Assembly: GCA_035429585.1 (NCBI GenBank)
Contig: DAOMFB010000001.1
Location: forward strand, 1 to 31,923
DNA: 31,923 nt
Direction: 5' to 3'
From: Thermoanaerobaculia bacterium
GTDB taxonomy: Bacteria; Acidobacteriota; Thermoanaerobaculia; UBA5066
Shown here: positions 24,397 through 31,923 of the stretch, piece by piece
How positions within the stretch are numbered: position 1 is the stretch's first letter
Layout: every line of letters starts with the position of its first letter
The notes under the pieces: generated by a model
Databases searched by the model: none
Seen by the model: the letters and a program-made list of their open reading frames with translations, nothing else
What the model was told of the DNA's origin: nothing
Made by a program: the position numbers and the translations under genes

Positions 24397-25844
24397 GGCG
24401 CCGTCTCGCGGCCGCGGCCGCTCTCGCCGGGCTCGGCCTCGCCGCCGCGGGGTGCGTCGCGTCGCGCCCGGCGGCGTTCGTCGACGCGTCCGTCCCGCCC
24501 TCGCCCGAGAAGCGGACGGCCGCGCCGATGCCCGCCGCCCCCCCGCCGGCCCTTCCGGGGGCGCCGGAGGCCGGCCTCACGCTGCCGCCGCCCGGAGGCC
24601 CGCCGCGGACGATCACACCGGTCGAGGCCGTGGATGTGGCCCTCCGGAACAACCCCGCCACGCGGCAGGCCTGGTTCCGGGCCCGGGCCGCCGCGGCCGG
24701 CGCCGGCAGCAAGCGCTCGGCCTGGTACCCGACCCTCGAGGCGGACGGCTTCTTCACCCGGCAGAAGAACGCGGCGTTCAGCGGGCAGACGATCTACTAC
24801 CAGACGACTTACGGGCCGTCCGTCCTCCTGAGCTGGCTCCTCCTCGACTTCGGCGGACGGGCCGCGGACGTGGCGGAGGCGGATCTCCTGCTCGCCCAGG
24901 CCAACGCCGCCCACGACGCGATCCTCAACGACGTCATCCTGCAGGTCCTCCAGGCGTACTACGGCTACGAAGGGGTCAAGTCGCTCCTCTCGGCGCAGGA
25001 GGCGAGCCTGAAGCAGGCCGAGGAGAACCTCCGCGCCGCGGAGGAGCGCCACCGGGCCGGCGTCGCGACGATCGCGGACGTCCTCCAGGCCCGGACGACC
25101 GCCTCGCAGCAGCGCCTCGCCTACGACTCGGTGAAGGGCCAGATCGCCGTGATCCGCGGCGCCCTCGCGACGTCGCTCGGCGTCCCGGCCAACACCCCGG
25201 TCGAGGCGGGCCAGCTGCCCGAGGACCTGAACCTCGACCGCCTGACCCGTTCGGTCGACGAGCTGATCGCGATGGCCGAGGAGCAGCGGCCGGACCTGGC
25301 GGCCGCCCGCTCGGCCGCCCTCGCCGCGGAGCGTCACGTGGCCTCGGTCCGGTCGGGCTTCTGGCCCACCCTCGGCGGCGCCGCCGGCGGGAGCCGGACC
25401 TGGTTCGGCGGCTCCTCCGCGACGAACGTCGCCGACCTCTGGTCGGTCGGCCTCCTCCTCCGGATCCCCGTCTTCACCGGATTCCAGACGCAGTACAACC
25501 TCCGGAAGGCCGAGGCCGAGAGCGAAGCCGCCCGCGCCGCCGCCGTGGGCGTCGAGCAGCAGATGGTCCAGCAGGTCTGGGCGAGCTACTACAACGTCCG
25601 GACCGCCGCCCAGAAGATCCGCACCGCGCGGGACCTCCTCGCGAGCGCCGGCCAGAGCGCCGAGGTGACGCGCGGCCGTTACACGGCCGGCGTCGGGAGC
25701 ATCCTCGACCTCCTGACCGCCGAGAGCGCCCTCGCGCAGGCCCGCGCGCAGGAGGTCGCGGCCCGCGCCGAGTACCTCTTCTCCCTCGCCCAGCTCGCCC
25801 ACGACGTCGGCTCCATCGAGCCGGCGGTGAAGGAAGCGCCATGA
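24393..25844 (+). CDS. TolC family outer-membrane efflux lipoprotein (483 aa)
   Basis: ATGA overlap with tetR; lipobox LAAAGC; AVDVALRNNP, WYPTL, RPDLAAAR, LRIPVFTG and YTAGVGSILDLLTAE motifs. Confidence 0.92.
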   Translation: MRRRLAAAAALAGLGLAAAGCVASRPAAFVDASVPPSPEKRTAAPMPAAPPPALPGAPEAGLTLPPPGGPPRTITPVEAVDVALRNNPATRQAWFRARAAAAGAGSKRSAWYPTLEADGFFTRQKNAAFSGQTIYYQTTYGPSVLLSWLLLDFGGRAADVAEADLLLAQANAAHDAILNDVILQVLQAYYGYEGVKSLLSAQEASLKQAEENLRAAEERHRAGVATIADVLQARTTASQQRLAYDSVKGQIAVIRGALATSLGVPANTPVEAGQLPEDLNLDRLTRSVDELIAMAEEQRPDLAAARSAALAAERHVASVRSGFWPTLGGAAGGSRTWFGGSSATNVADLWSVGLLLRIPVFTGFQTQYNLRKAEAESEAARAAAVGVEQQMVQQVWASYYNVRTAAQKIRTARDLLASAGQSAEVTRGRYTAGVGSILDLLTAESALAQARAQEVAARAEYLFSLAQLAHDVGSIEPAVKEAP

Positions 25845-26977
25845 GACCGACCCGCCGCTTCGCCCCCGCCCTCGCCGCCCTCGTCCTCTTCGCCCCCGGG
25901 TGCGGGCCGAACAAGGGCGCGTCCGGCGGGCCGCCCCCCGCCCCCGTCCGGATCGGCGAGGTGACGACGACGTCGCTTCCCGTCGAGCTCGCCGCGATCG
26001 GTCACGTCGAGGCCTTCTCGACCGTCTCCGTGAAGCCCCGCGTCGGCGGCGAGGTGACGAACGTCGGCTTCCGCGAGGGCGAGGAGGTGGCCGCCGGGGC
26101 CCTCCTCTTCCAGATCGACCCGCGCCCGTACGAGGCGGCCCTCGCCGAGGCGCGGGCGAACCTCTCGCGCGACCGCGCCCGCCTGACCGAGGCCGAGCGG
26201 ACGCTCGCGCGGTACGACGAGCTCATCAAGAAGGAGTACATCACGCAGGAGCAGTACGACCAGGCGCGCGCGAACGTCGAAGCCCTCAAGGCGACGACGC
26301 AGGGGGACGAGGCGGGCGTGGAGAACGCCCGCCTGAACCTCGAGTACGCCCGGATCACCGCCCCCGTTCCCGGCCGGACCGGAAGCCTCCTCGTCCACAA
26401 GGGGAACGTCGTCAAGGCGAACGACGACAGGCCCCTCGTCGTCATCAACCAGATCGAGCCGATCCACGTCTCCTTCGCGATCCCCGAGAGCGACTTCCTC
26501 GAGGTGAAGCGGCGCGCCGCCGAGAGGACGCTCTCCGTCACGGCCAGCCCGCAGGCGGGGAAGCCGGAGGAGGGGACGCTCACCTTCCTCGACAACGCCG
26601 TCGACCCGACGACCGGGACGATCACGCTCAAGGCCTCCTTCCCGAACCGCGACCGCGCCCTCTGGCCGGGCCAGTACGTGAACGTCTCGCTCGCCCTCGC
26701 CGTGGACGCGAACGCCGTCGTGGCCCCGGTCGAGGCCCTCCAGACCGGCCAGTCGGGAACGTACGTCTGGGTGGTGACGGGAGACTCCTCCGTCGAGAGC
26801 CGGACGGTGGTGGTCCGGCGGCGCGCGGGGGGATGGGCGCTCGTCACGTCGGGCCTGGCGCCGGGAGAGAAGGTCGTCACGGACGGGCAGATCCGCCTCG
26901 CCCCGGGGACGAAGGTGGTCGAGAAGAAGGACGCGGCCCCCGCGGCGCCGCCGAAGGGGACGGAGGCGGCCCGGTGA
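25841..26977 (+). CDS. RND periplasmic adaptor (membrane fusion protein), MdtA-like (378 aa)
   Basis: ATGA overlap; lipobox FAPGC; VKPRVGGEV, LFQIDPRPY, YARITAPVPGRTG, DNAVDPTTGTITLKA, LWPGQYV and GEKVVTDGQ. Confidence 0.93.
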   Translation: MRPTRRFAPALAALVLFAPGCGPNKGASGGPPPAPVRIGEVTTTSLPVELAAIGHVEAFSTVSVKPRVGGEVTNVGFREGEEVAAGALLFQIDPRPYEAALAEARANLSRDRARLTEAERTLARYDELIKKEYITQEQYDQARANVEALKATTQGDEAGVENARLNLEYARITAPVPGRTGSLLVHKGNVVKANDDRPLVVINQIEPIHVSFAIPESDFLEVKRRAAERTLSVTASPQAGKPEEGTLTFLDNAVDPTTGTITLKASFPNRDRALWPGQYVNVSLALAVDANAVVAPVEALQTGQSGTYVWVVTGDSSVESRTVVVRRRAGGWALVTSGLAPGEKVVTDGQIRLAPGTKVVEKKDAAPAAPPKGTEAAR

Positions 26978-29900
26978 ACCTCTCGGCGCTCTTCATCCGC
27001 CGTCCGGTCATGACGACGCTCGTCATGCTGGCGATCCTCTTCTTCGGCGTGATGGGCTACCGGCTCCTCCCGGTCAGCGACCTCCCGAACGTCGACTTCC
27101 CCACGATCCAGGTCTTCGCGCGCCTCCCGGGAGCCAGCCCCGAGACGATGGCCTCGGCCGTCGCGACGCCGCTCGAACGGCAGTTCACGACGATCGCCGG
27201 CCTCGACTCCATGACCTCCTCGAGCATCCTGGGCCTGACGCAGATCACCCTCCAGTTCACCCTCTCGCGCAGCATCGACGCGGCGGCGCAGGACGTGCAG
27301 GCCGCCATCACGGCGGCCTCGCGGCAGCTGCCGCCGGACATGCCGAGCCCCCCCGCGTACAACAAGGTCAACCCCGCCGACCAGCCGATCCTCTACCTCG
27401 CCCTCTCGTCGACCGTCCTGCCGCTCTCCGTCGTCGACGAGTTCGCCGAGACGAACATGGCGCAGCGGATCTCGACGGTCAGCGGCGTGGCGCAGGTCTC
27501 CGTCTTCGGGGCCCAGAAGTACGCCGTCCGCCTCCAGGTGAACCCCCTCGCGCTCGCCACGCGGTCGATCGGCATCGACGAGGTGGCGGACGCCGTCCGG
27601 AACGCCAACGTGAACCTTCCGACCGGGACCCTCTGGGGGGCGAACCAGGCCGTGAACGTCGAGGCGAACGGCCAGCTGACCGAGGCCTCCGACTACCGCC
27701 CGCTCACGGTCGCCTACCGGGGCGGGAGGCCCGTCCGCTTCGAGGAGGTCGGCCGCGCGCTGGACAGCGTCGAGAACGACAAGACGGCGGCCTGGTTCAA
27801 CCGGGAGCGCGCCGTCGTCCTCGCCGTCCAGAAGCAGCCCGGGACGAACACGGTCGAGGTCGTGGACGAGATCCGGAAGCTCCTCCCCTCCTTCCAGGCG
27901 CAGCTGCCGGGCTCCGCGAAGATGGAGATCCTGTTCGACCGGTCCGTCTCGATCCGCGCCTCGGTGGAGGACGTCCGGTTCACCCTCCTCCTGACCCTCC
28001 TCCTCGTCGTGCTCGTCATCTTCCTCTTCCTGCGGAAGCTCTCGGCGACCCTCATCCCGAGCCTCGCGCTCCCGCTCTCGATCACGGGGACGTTCGCCTG
28101 CATGTACCTCCTCGGGTACAGCCTCGACAACCTCTCCCTGATGGCGCTGACGCTCTCCGTCGGCTTCGTCGTGGACGACGCCATCGTCATGCTGGAGAAC
28201 ATCGTCCGGCACATGGAGCAGGGCCAGGCGCCGCTCGAGGCGGCCTTGACGGGCTCCCGGGAGATCGGCTTCACGATCCTGTCCATGACGATCTCGCTCG
28301 CCGCGGTCTTCATCCCGGTCCTCTTCATGGGAGGCATCGTCGGACGCCTCTTCAAGGAGTTCGCCGTCACGATCGGCCTCGCGATCCTGATCTCGGGCTT
28401 CGTCTCCCTGTCGCTCACGCCGATGCTCTGCAGCCGGTTCCTGAGGCCCCACGAGGAATCCGAGCGGCACGGGCGGCTCTACATGTTCATGGAGCGGTTC
28501 TTCGACGGGATGCGGCGGGTCTACGACCGGGGCCTCGTCTGGAGTCTCGACCACCGCCGGTCCGTCATGGCCTTCTCCGCCGCCGTCCTCGTCCTGACCG
28601 TCGTCCTCTTCCTCCGGATCCCGAAGGGCTTCCTCCCGAACGAGGACATCGGACAGGTCTTCGGCTTCACCGAGGCGGCCGAGGGAATCTCGTTCGAGTC
28701 CATGGTGCAGCACCAGAAGGCGGTCGCCGACGTCGTGGCCGCGGACCCGAACGTCGACGGCTTCATGTCGAGCTGCGGCAACCGGGGTAACAACATCAAC
28801 GCGAACAACTCCGGGCTCGTCTTCGCGCGGCTCAAGCCCCGGAGCGAGCGGAAGCTCTCGGCCGAGGAGATCATCCAGCAGCTCCGGCCGAAGCTCGCCC
28901 AGATCCCGGGAATCCGGGTCTTCATGCAGGTTCCCCCGCCGATCCGGATCGGCGGCGCCCTGACGAAGAGCCAGTACCAGTACACCCTCCAGGACCCCGA
29001 CACGGACGAGCTCTACCGGTACGCGCCGCTCCTCGAGGAGAAGATCCGCCAGCTCCCCGGCCTCCTCGACGTCACGAGCGACCTCCAGCTGAAGAACCCG
29101 CAGGTGAACGTGGGGATCGACCGGGACAAGGCCGCCGCGGTCGGCCTGACGGCGCAGCGGATCGAGGACGCCCTCTACACGGCCTACGGCTCGCGCCAGA
29201 TCTCGACGATCTTCGCCCCGAACAACCAGTACCAGGTCCTGATGGAGGTCGAGCCGCGGTACCAGCGGGACATGTCGGCCCTTCCGCTCCTCTACGTCCG
29301 CTCCCGGACCGGCGCTCTCGTCCCACTCCCGTCCGTGGCGAAGCTCTCCTCCGGCCTCGGCCCGCTGACGGTGAACCACGCGGGCCAGCTCCCCTCCGTC
29401 ACCATTTCCTTCAACCTCCGCCCCGGCGTCGCGATCGGCGATGCGGTGGGGGCGGTGGACGCCGCCGCCCGGAACCTCATCCCGGCCACGATCAAGACGA
29501 GCTTCATGGGGACGGCGCAGGCGTTCCAGGCGTCCCTGAAGGGGCTCGGTCTCCTCCTCTTCGTGGCGATCCTCGTCATCTACATGGTCCTCGGCATCCT
29601 CTACGAGAGCTTCTTCCACCCCCTGACGATCCTCTCGGCCCTGCCGTTCGCCGGGTTCGGCGCCCTCGTGACGCTCGTGATCTTCCGGACCGAGCTCTCG
29701 ATCTACGCCTTCGTCGGCGTCATCATGCTCGTCGGCCTCGTGAAGAAGAACGGCATCATGATGGTCGACTTCGCGATCGAGGCGCGGCGCGGGGGCCAGA
29801 GCGCCCGGGAGGCGATCTACGAGGCCTGCCTCGTCCGCTTCCGGCCCATCATGATGACGACGATGGCGGCCCTGATGGGGACGCTGCCGATCGCCCTCGG

Positions 29901-30084
29901 CTTCGGCGCCGGGGCGGAGGCCCGCCGGCCGCTGGGCCTCGCGGTGGTCGGCGGGCTCCTCTTCTCCCAGCTCCTGACGCTCTTCGTGACGCCGGTCTTC
30001 TACCTCTACATGGAGGCGCTGCGGGAGCGGCTCTACGCGAGAAGGGCCGAGACGAGCCGGTTGGCGACGAAGGCCCCGGCGTAG
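26974..30084 (+). CDS. RND efflux permease, HAE1/MdtB-MdtC-like (1036 aa)
   Basis: GTGA overlap; FIRRPVMTTL, LPVSDLPNVDFPTIQV, GFVVDDAIVMLENI, GLVKKNGIMMVDFA and RFRPIMMTTMAA. Confidence 0.95.
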   Translation: MNLSALFIRRPVMTTLVMLAILFFGVMGYRLLPVSDLPNVDFPTIQVFARLPGASPETMASAVATPLERQFTTIAGLDSMTSSSILGLTQITLQFTLSRSIDAAAQDVQAAITAASRQLPPDMPSPPAYNKVNPADQPILYLALSSTVLPLSVVDEFAETNMAQRISTVSGVAQVSVFGAQKYAVRLQVNPLALATRSIGIDEVADAVRNANVNLPTGTLWGANQAVNVEANGQLTEASDYRPLTVAYRGGRPVRFEEVGRALDSVENDKTAAWFNRERAVVLAVQKQPGTNTVEVVDEIRKLLPSFQAQLPGSAKMEILFDRSVSIRASVEDVRFTLLLTLLLVVLVIFLFLRKLSATLIPSLALPLSITGTFACMYLLGYSLDNLSLMALTLSVGFVVDDAIVMLENIVRHMEQGQAPLEAALTGSREIGFTILSMTISLAAVFIPVLFMGGIVGRLFKEFAVTIGLAILISGFVSLSLTPMLCSRFLRPHEESERHGRLYMFMERFFDGMRRVYDRGLVWSLDHRRSVMAFSAAVLVLTVVLFLRIPKGFLPNEDIGQVFGFTEAAEGISFESMVQHQKAVADVVAADPNVDGFMSSCGNRGNNINANNSGLVFARLKPRSERKLSAEEIIQQLRPKLAQIPGIRVFMQVPPPIRIGGALTKSQYQYTLQDPDTDELYRYAPLLEEKIRQLPGLLDVTSDLQLKNPQVNVGIDRDKAAAVGLTAQRIEDALYTAYGSRQISTIFAPNNQYQVLMEVEPRYQRDMSALPLLYVRSRTGALVPLPSVAKLSSGLGPLTVNHAGQLPSVTISFNLRPGVAIGDAVGAVDAAARNLIPATIKTSFMGTAQAFQASLKGLGLLLFVAILVIYMVLGILYESFFHPLTILSALPFAGFGALVTLVIFRTELSIYAFVGVIMLVGLVKKNGIMMVDFAIEARRGGQSAREAIYEACLVRFRPIMMTTMAALMGTLPIALGFGAGAEARRPLGLAVVGGLLFSQLLTLFVTPVFYLYMEALRERLYARRAETSRLATKAPA

Positions 30085-31922
30085 GCCAGGAGCGTCATCC
30101 AGGCGAACTGGATCGCGGGCCAGCGCCAGCCCCCCGTCTCGCGCCGGACGACGGCGATCGTCGACACGCACTGCATCGCGAAGGCGAAGAAGACGAGAAG
30201 GGCGACGGCCCCTCCCGGCGTGAGGTCGTGTCGGAGGGCGGCCTGGAGCCCCGCGGAGTGCGCGTCGCCCTCCATCCCGTAGAGGGTTCCGAGCGTCCCC
30301 ACGATCACCTCGCGCGCGGCGAGCGAGGTCACGAGTCCGATGGCGATCTTCCAGTCGAAGCCGAGCGGACGGACCAGGGGCTCGAGGGCCCGCCCCACCG
30401 TTCCGGTCACGCTGTCGGCGATCTGCGGCGGCCGGCCGTCCGCGAAGGGAAGGTTCGAGAGGACCCAGAGGGCGATGGAGACCGCGAGGATCACGGTCCC
30501 CGCCCGGCGCAGGAAGATCTTCGCCCGGTCGAGAAGCCGGAGGCCGATCTGGCGGAGGGTCGGCCAGCGGTACGGCGGCATCTCCATCAGAAAGGGGGTC
30601 CCCTCGCTCCGGAGGACGGAGGACTTGAGGAGCCGGGCCGTCCCGAACGCCGCGGCGAACCCGAGGACGTAGAGGCCGAGGAGGGCCGCGGCCCGCGTCC
30701 CGAGGAACGGCCCGAGGAGGGGGCGCTCGGGGATGAAGGCCGCGATGATGAGCGTGTAGACCGGGAGCCGCGCCGAGCAGGTCATGAAGGGGGCGATGAG
30801 GATCGTCGCGATCCGGTCGCGCTTGTTCTCGATGGTCCGCGTCGCCAGAACGGCCGGGACGGCGCACGCGTACGCCGAGAGGAGCGGCAGGAACGACTTC
30901 CCCTGGAGCCCCGCCCGGGACATCGTCCGGTCGGCGATGAGCGCCGCGCGGGCGAGGTAGCCGGAGTCCTCGAGGATTCCGAGGAAGAAGAAGAGCAGGA
31001 GGATCTGCGGCAGGAAGACGACGACGGAGCCGACGCCGCCCCAGACGCCGCCGACGAGGAGGTCCCGTCCGAGCGACGCCGGGAGCGTGCTCTCCAGCCA
31101 CCCGCCCGACGCCGAGACGCCCCGGTCGATCAGGTCCATCAGGGGGCGCGCCACGGTGAAGATCGTCTGGAAGACGGCGATGACGACGAGGAGGAAGACG
31201 GCCGGGCCGGCGACCGGGTGCAGGAAGACGCCGTCCAGCCGCCGCGTCCAGATCGGCGGGGCGGGGGGCGAATACCCGGCCTCGTCGCCGAGACGGGCCG
31301 CCCACTGCCGGCACTTGGGGATGTCGTGCAGCGCCGGGAGCTCGAGCGAGGCCGGCACGCCGAGCTCGCCGCCCAGGAACTCGACGACCGGCTCCAGCCC
31401 CTCCCCGCGCGAGGCCGTCACGAGCGCCACCGGGGCGCCGAGCTGCGCCGCCAGCGCCTCGGGATCGACCTCTCCCCCGCGGGCCTCGAGCTCGTCCGCC
31501 ATGTTCAGGACGACGATCGTCGGGAGGCCGAGCGCGAGGACCGGGGCCGCGAGGACGAGGTGCCGCTTCAGGTTCGTGGCGTCGAGGACGAGCAGCACGG
31601 CGTCGGGCTGCGGCGTCCCCGGCATGGTCCCCATCAGCACGTCGTGCGTCACCCGCTCGTCGTCCGAGCGGGCCACGAGGCTGTAGACCCCGGGGAGGTC
31701 GATCAGGACGACGTCGCGGCCCGAGCCGACCCGCGCGATCCCCCGGCGCTCCTCGACCGTGACGCCGGGGAAGTTCGCCACCTTCTGGCGGAGCCCCGTG
31801 AGCCGGTTGAAGAGCGTCGACTTGCCCGAGTTGGGGGGACCCACGAGGGCGACGAAGCGCCGCGGCGCACCCGAGTTCATCAGCCAGCGGCCCAGGGCAG
31901 CCGGCATCGTGTCGCAGATCTC
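30033..31922 (-). CDS. feoB: Ferrous iron transporter FeoB; start uncertain and possibly beyond the window edge
   Basis: G1 GPPNSGKS, G2 NFPGVTVE, G3 DLPG and G4 NMAD; membrane domain with GVGSVVVFLPQI, LEDSGYLARAA, PFMTCSARLPVY, FLMEMPPYRWP and AREVIVGTL. The frame stays open to the window end (E-I-C-D-T-M...). ATG candidates are at 31907 and 31880. Confidence 0.95.
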   Translation of the reverse strand, partial: EICDTMPAALGRWLMNSGAPRRFVALVGPPNSGKSTLFNRLTGLRQKVANFPGVTVEERRGIARVGSGRDVVLIDLPGVYSLVARSDDERVTHDVLMGTMPGTPQPDAVLLVLDATNLKRHLVLAAPVLALGLPTIVVLNMADELEARGGEVDPEALAAQLGAPVALVTASRGEGLEPVVEFLGGELGVPASLELPALHDIPKCRQWAARLGDEAGYSPPAPPIWTRRLDGVFLHPVAGPAVFLLVVIAVFQTIFTVARPLMDLIDRGVSASGGWLESTLPASLGRDLLVGGVWGGVGSVVVFLPQILLLFFFLGILEDSGYLARAALIADRTMSRAGLQGKSFLPLLSAYACAVPAVLATRTIENKRDRIATILIAPFMTCSARLPVYTLIIAAFIPERPLLGPFLGTRAAALLGLYVLGFAAAFGTARLLKSSVLRSEGTPFLMEMPPYRWPTLRQIGLRLLDRAKIFLRRAGTVILAVSIALWVLSNLPFADGRPPQIADSVTGTVGRALEPLVRPLGFDWKIAIGLVTSLAAREVIVGTLGTLYGMEGDAHSAGLQAALRHDLTPGGAVALLVFFAFAMQCVSTIAVVRRETGGWRWPAIQFAWMTLLAYAGAFVANRLVSALLA

Positions 31923-31923
31923 C

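Noticed and set aside
1668-31314. Many very long alternative-frame or antisense ORFs (e.g. 1668-4754, 1931-6106, 11104-14646, 14687-17959, 17857-21906, 26002-31314)
   Set aside because: They are Arg/Gly/Pro-rich shadow frames of real genes, expected at about 70% GC, with no recognisable motifs.
1-31923. tRNA, rRNA, IS/transposase, prophage or defence genes
   Set aside because: I recognised no supporting sequence or protein motifs. Nearly all of the window is covered by identifiable CDSs.

Overview
A gene-dense, very GC-rich (about 70%) bacterial chromosomal window with no mobile elements, CRISPR arrays or RNA genes that I could support. The gene style (kinase-TolB-TPR, DUF2911, hypE with an N-terminal CPVP) suggests an anaerobic or facultative Acidobacteriota-like organism; that is an inference. 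From left to right: the 3' part of a Ser/Thr kinase-TolB-TPR gene, a DUF885-like putative metallopeptidase divergent from an OPT transporter, DHFR/RibD-like and LysE genes, and a hypF-C-D-E hydrogenase maturation operon. hypF is frameshifted at a G14 tract, probably a sequencing artefact. Next is a 9.7-kb respiratory locus encoding 49 CxxCH motifs. It has two CbcL-like multiheme c/cytochrome b proteins (19 and 17 hemes) flanking a Tat-exported HybA-like 4x[4Fe-4S] protein and a 1093-aa fusion of an NrfD/HybB membrane domain, a class III-like 5-heme domain and an octaheme tetrathionate reductase (OTR)-fold domain. The window ends with an MFS transporter, a DUF2911-TPR protein, a TetR-regulated TolC/MFP/RND efflux operon and feoB. 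The main finding is that the OTR domain has lost its catalytic heme-II motif, its Lys ligand and its distal-pocket residues, and has gained an extra C-terminal heme. It looks like a pseudo-enzyme reused as an electron wire in a possibly undescribed quinone-coupled complex.
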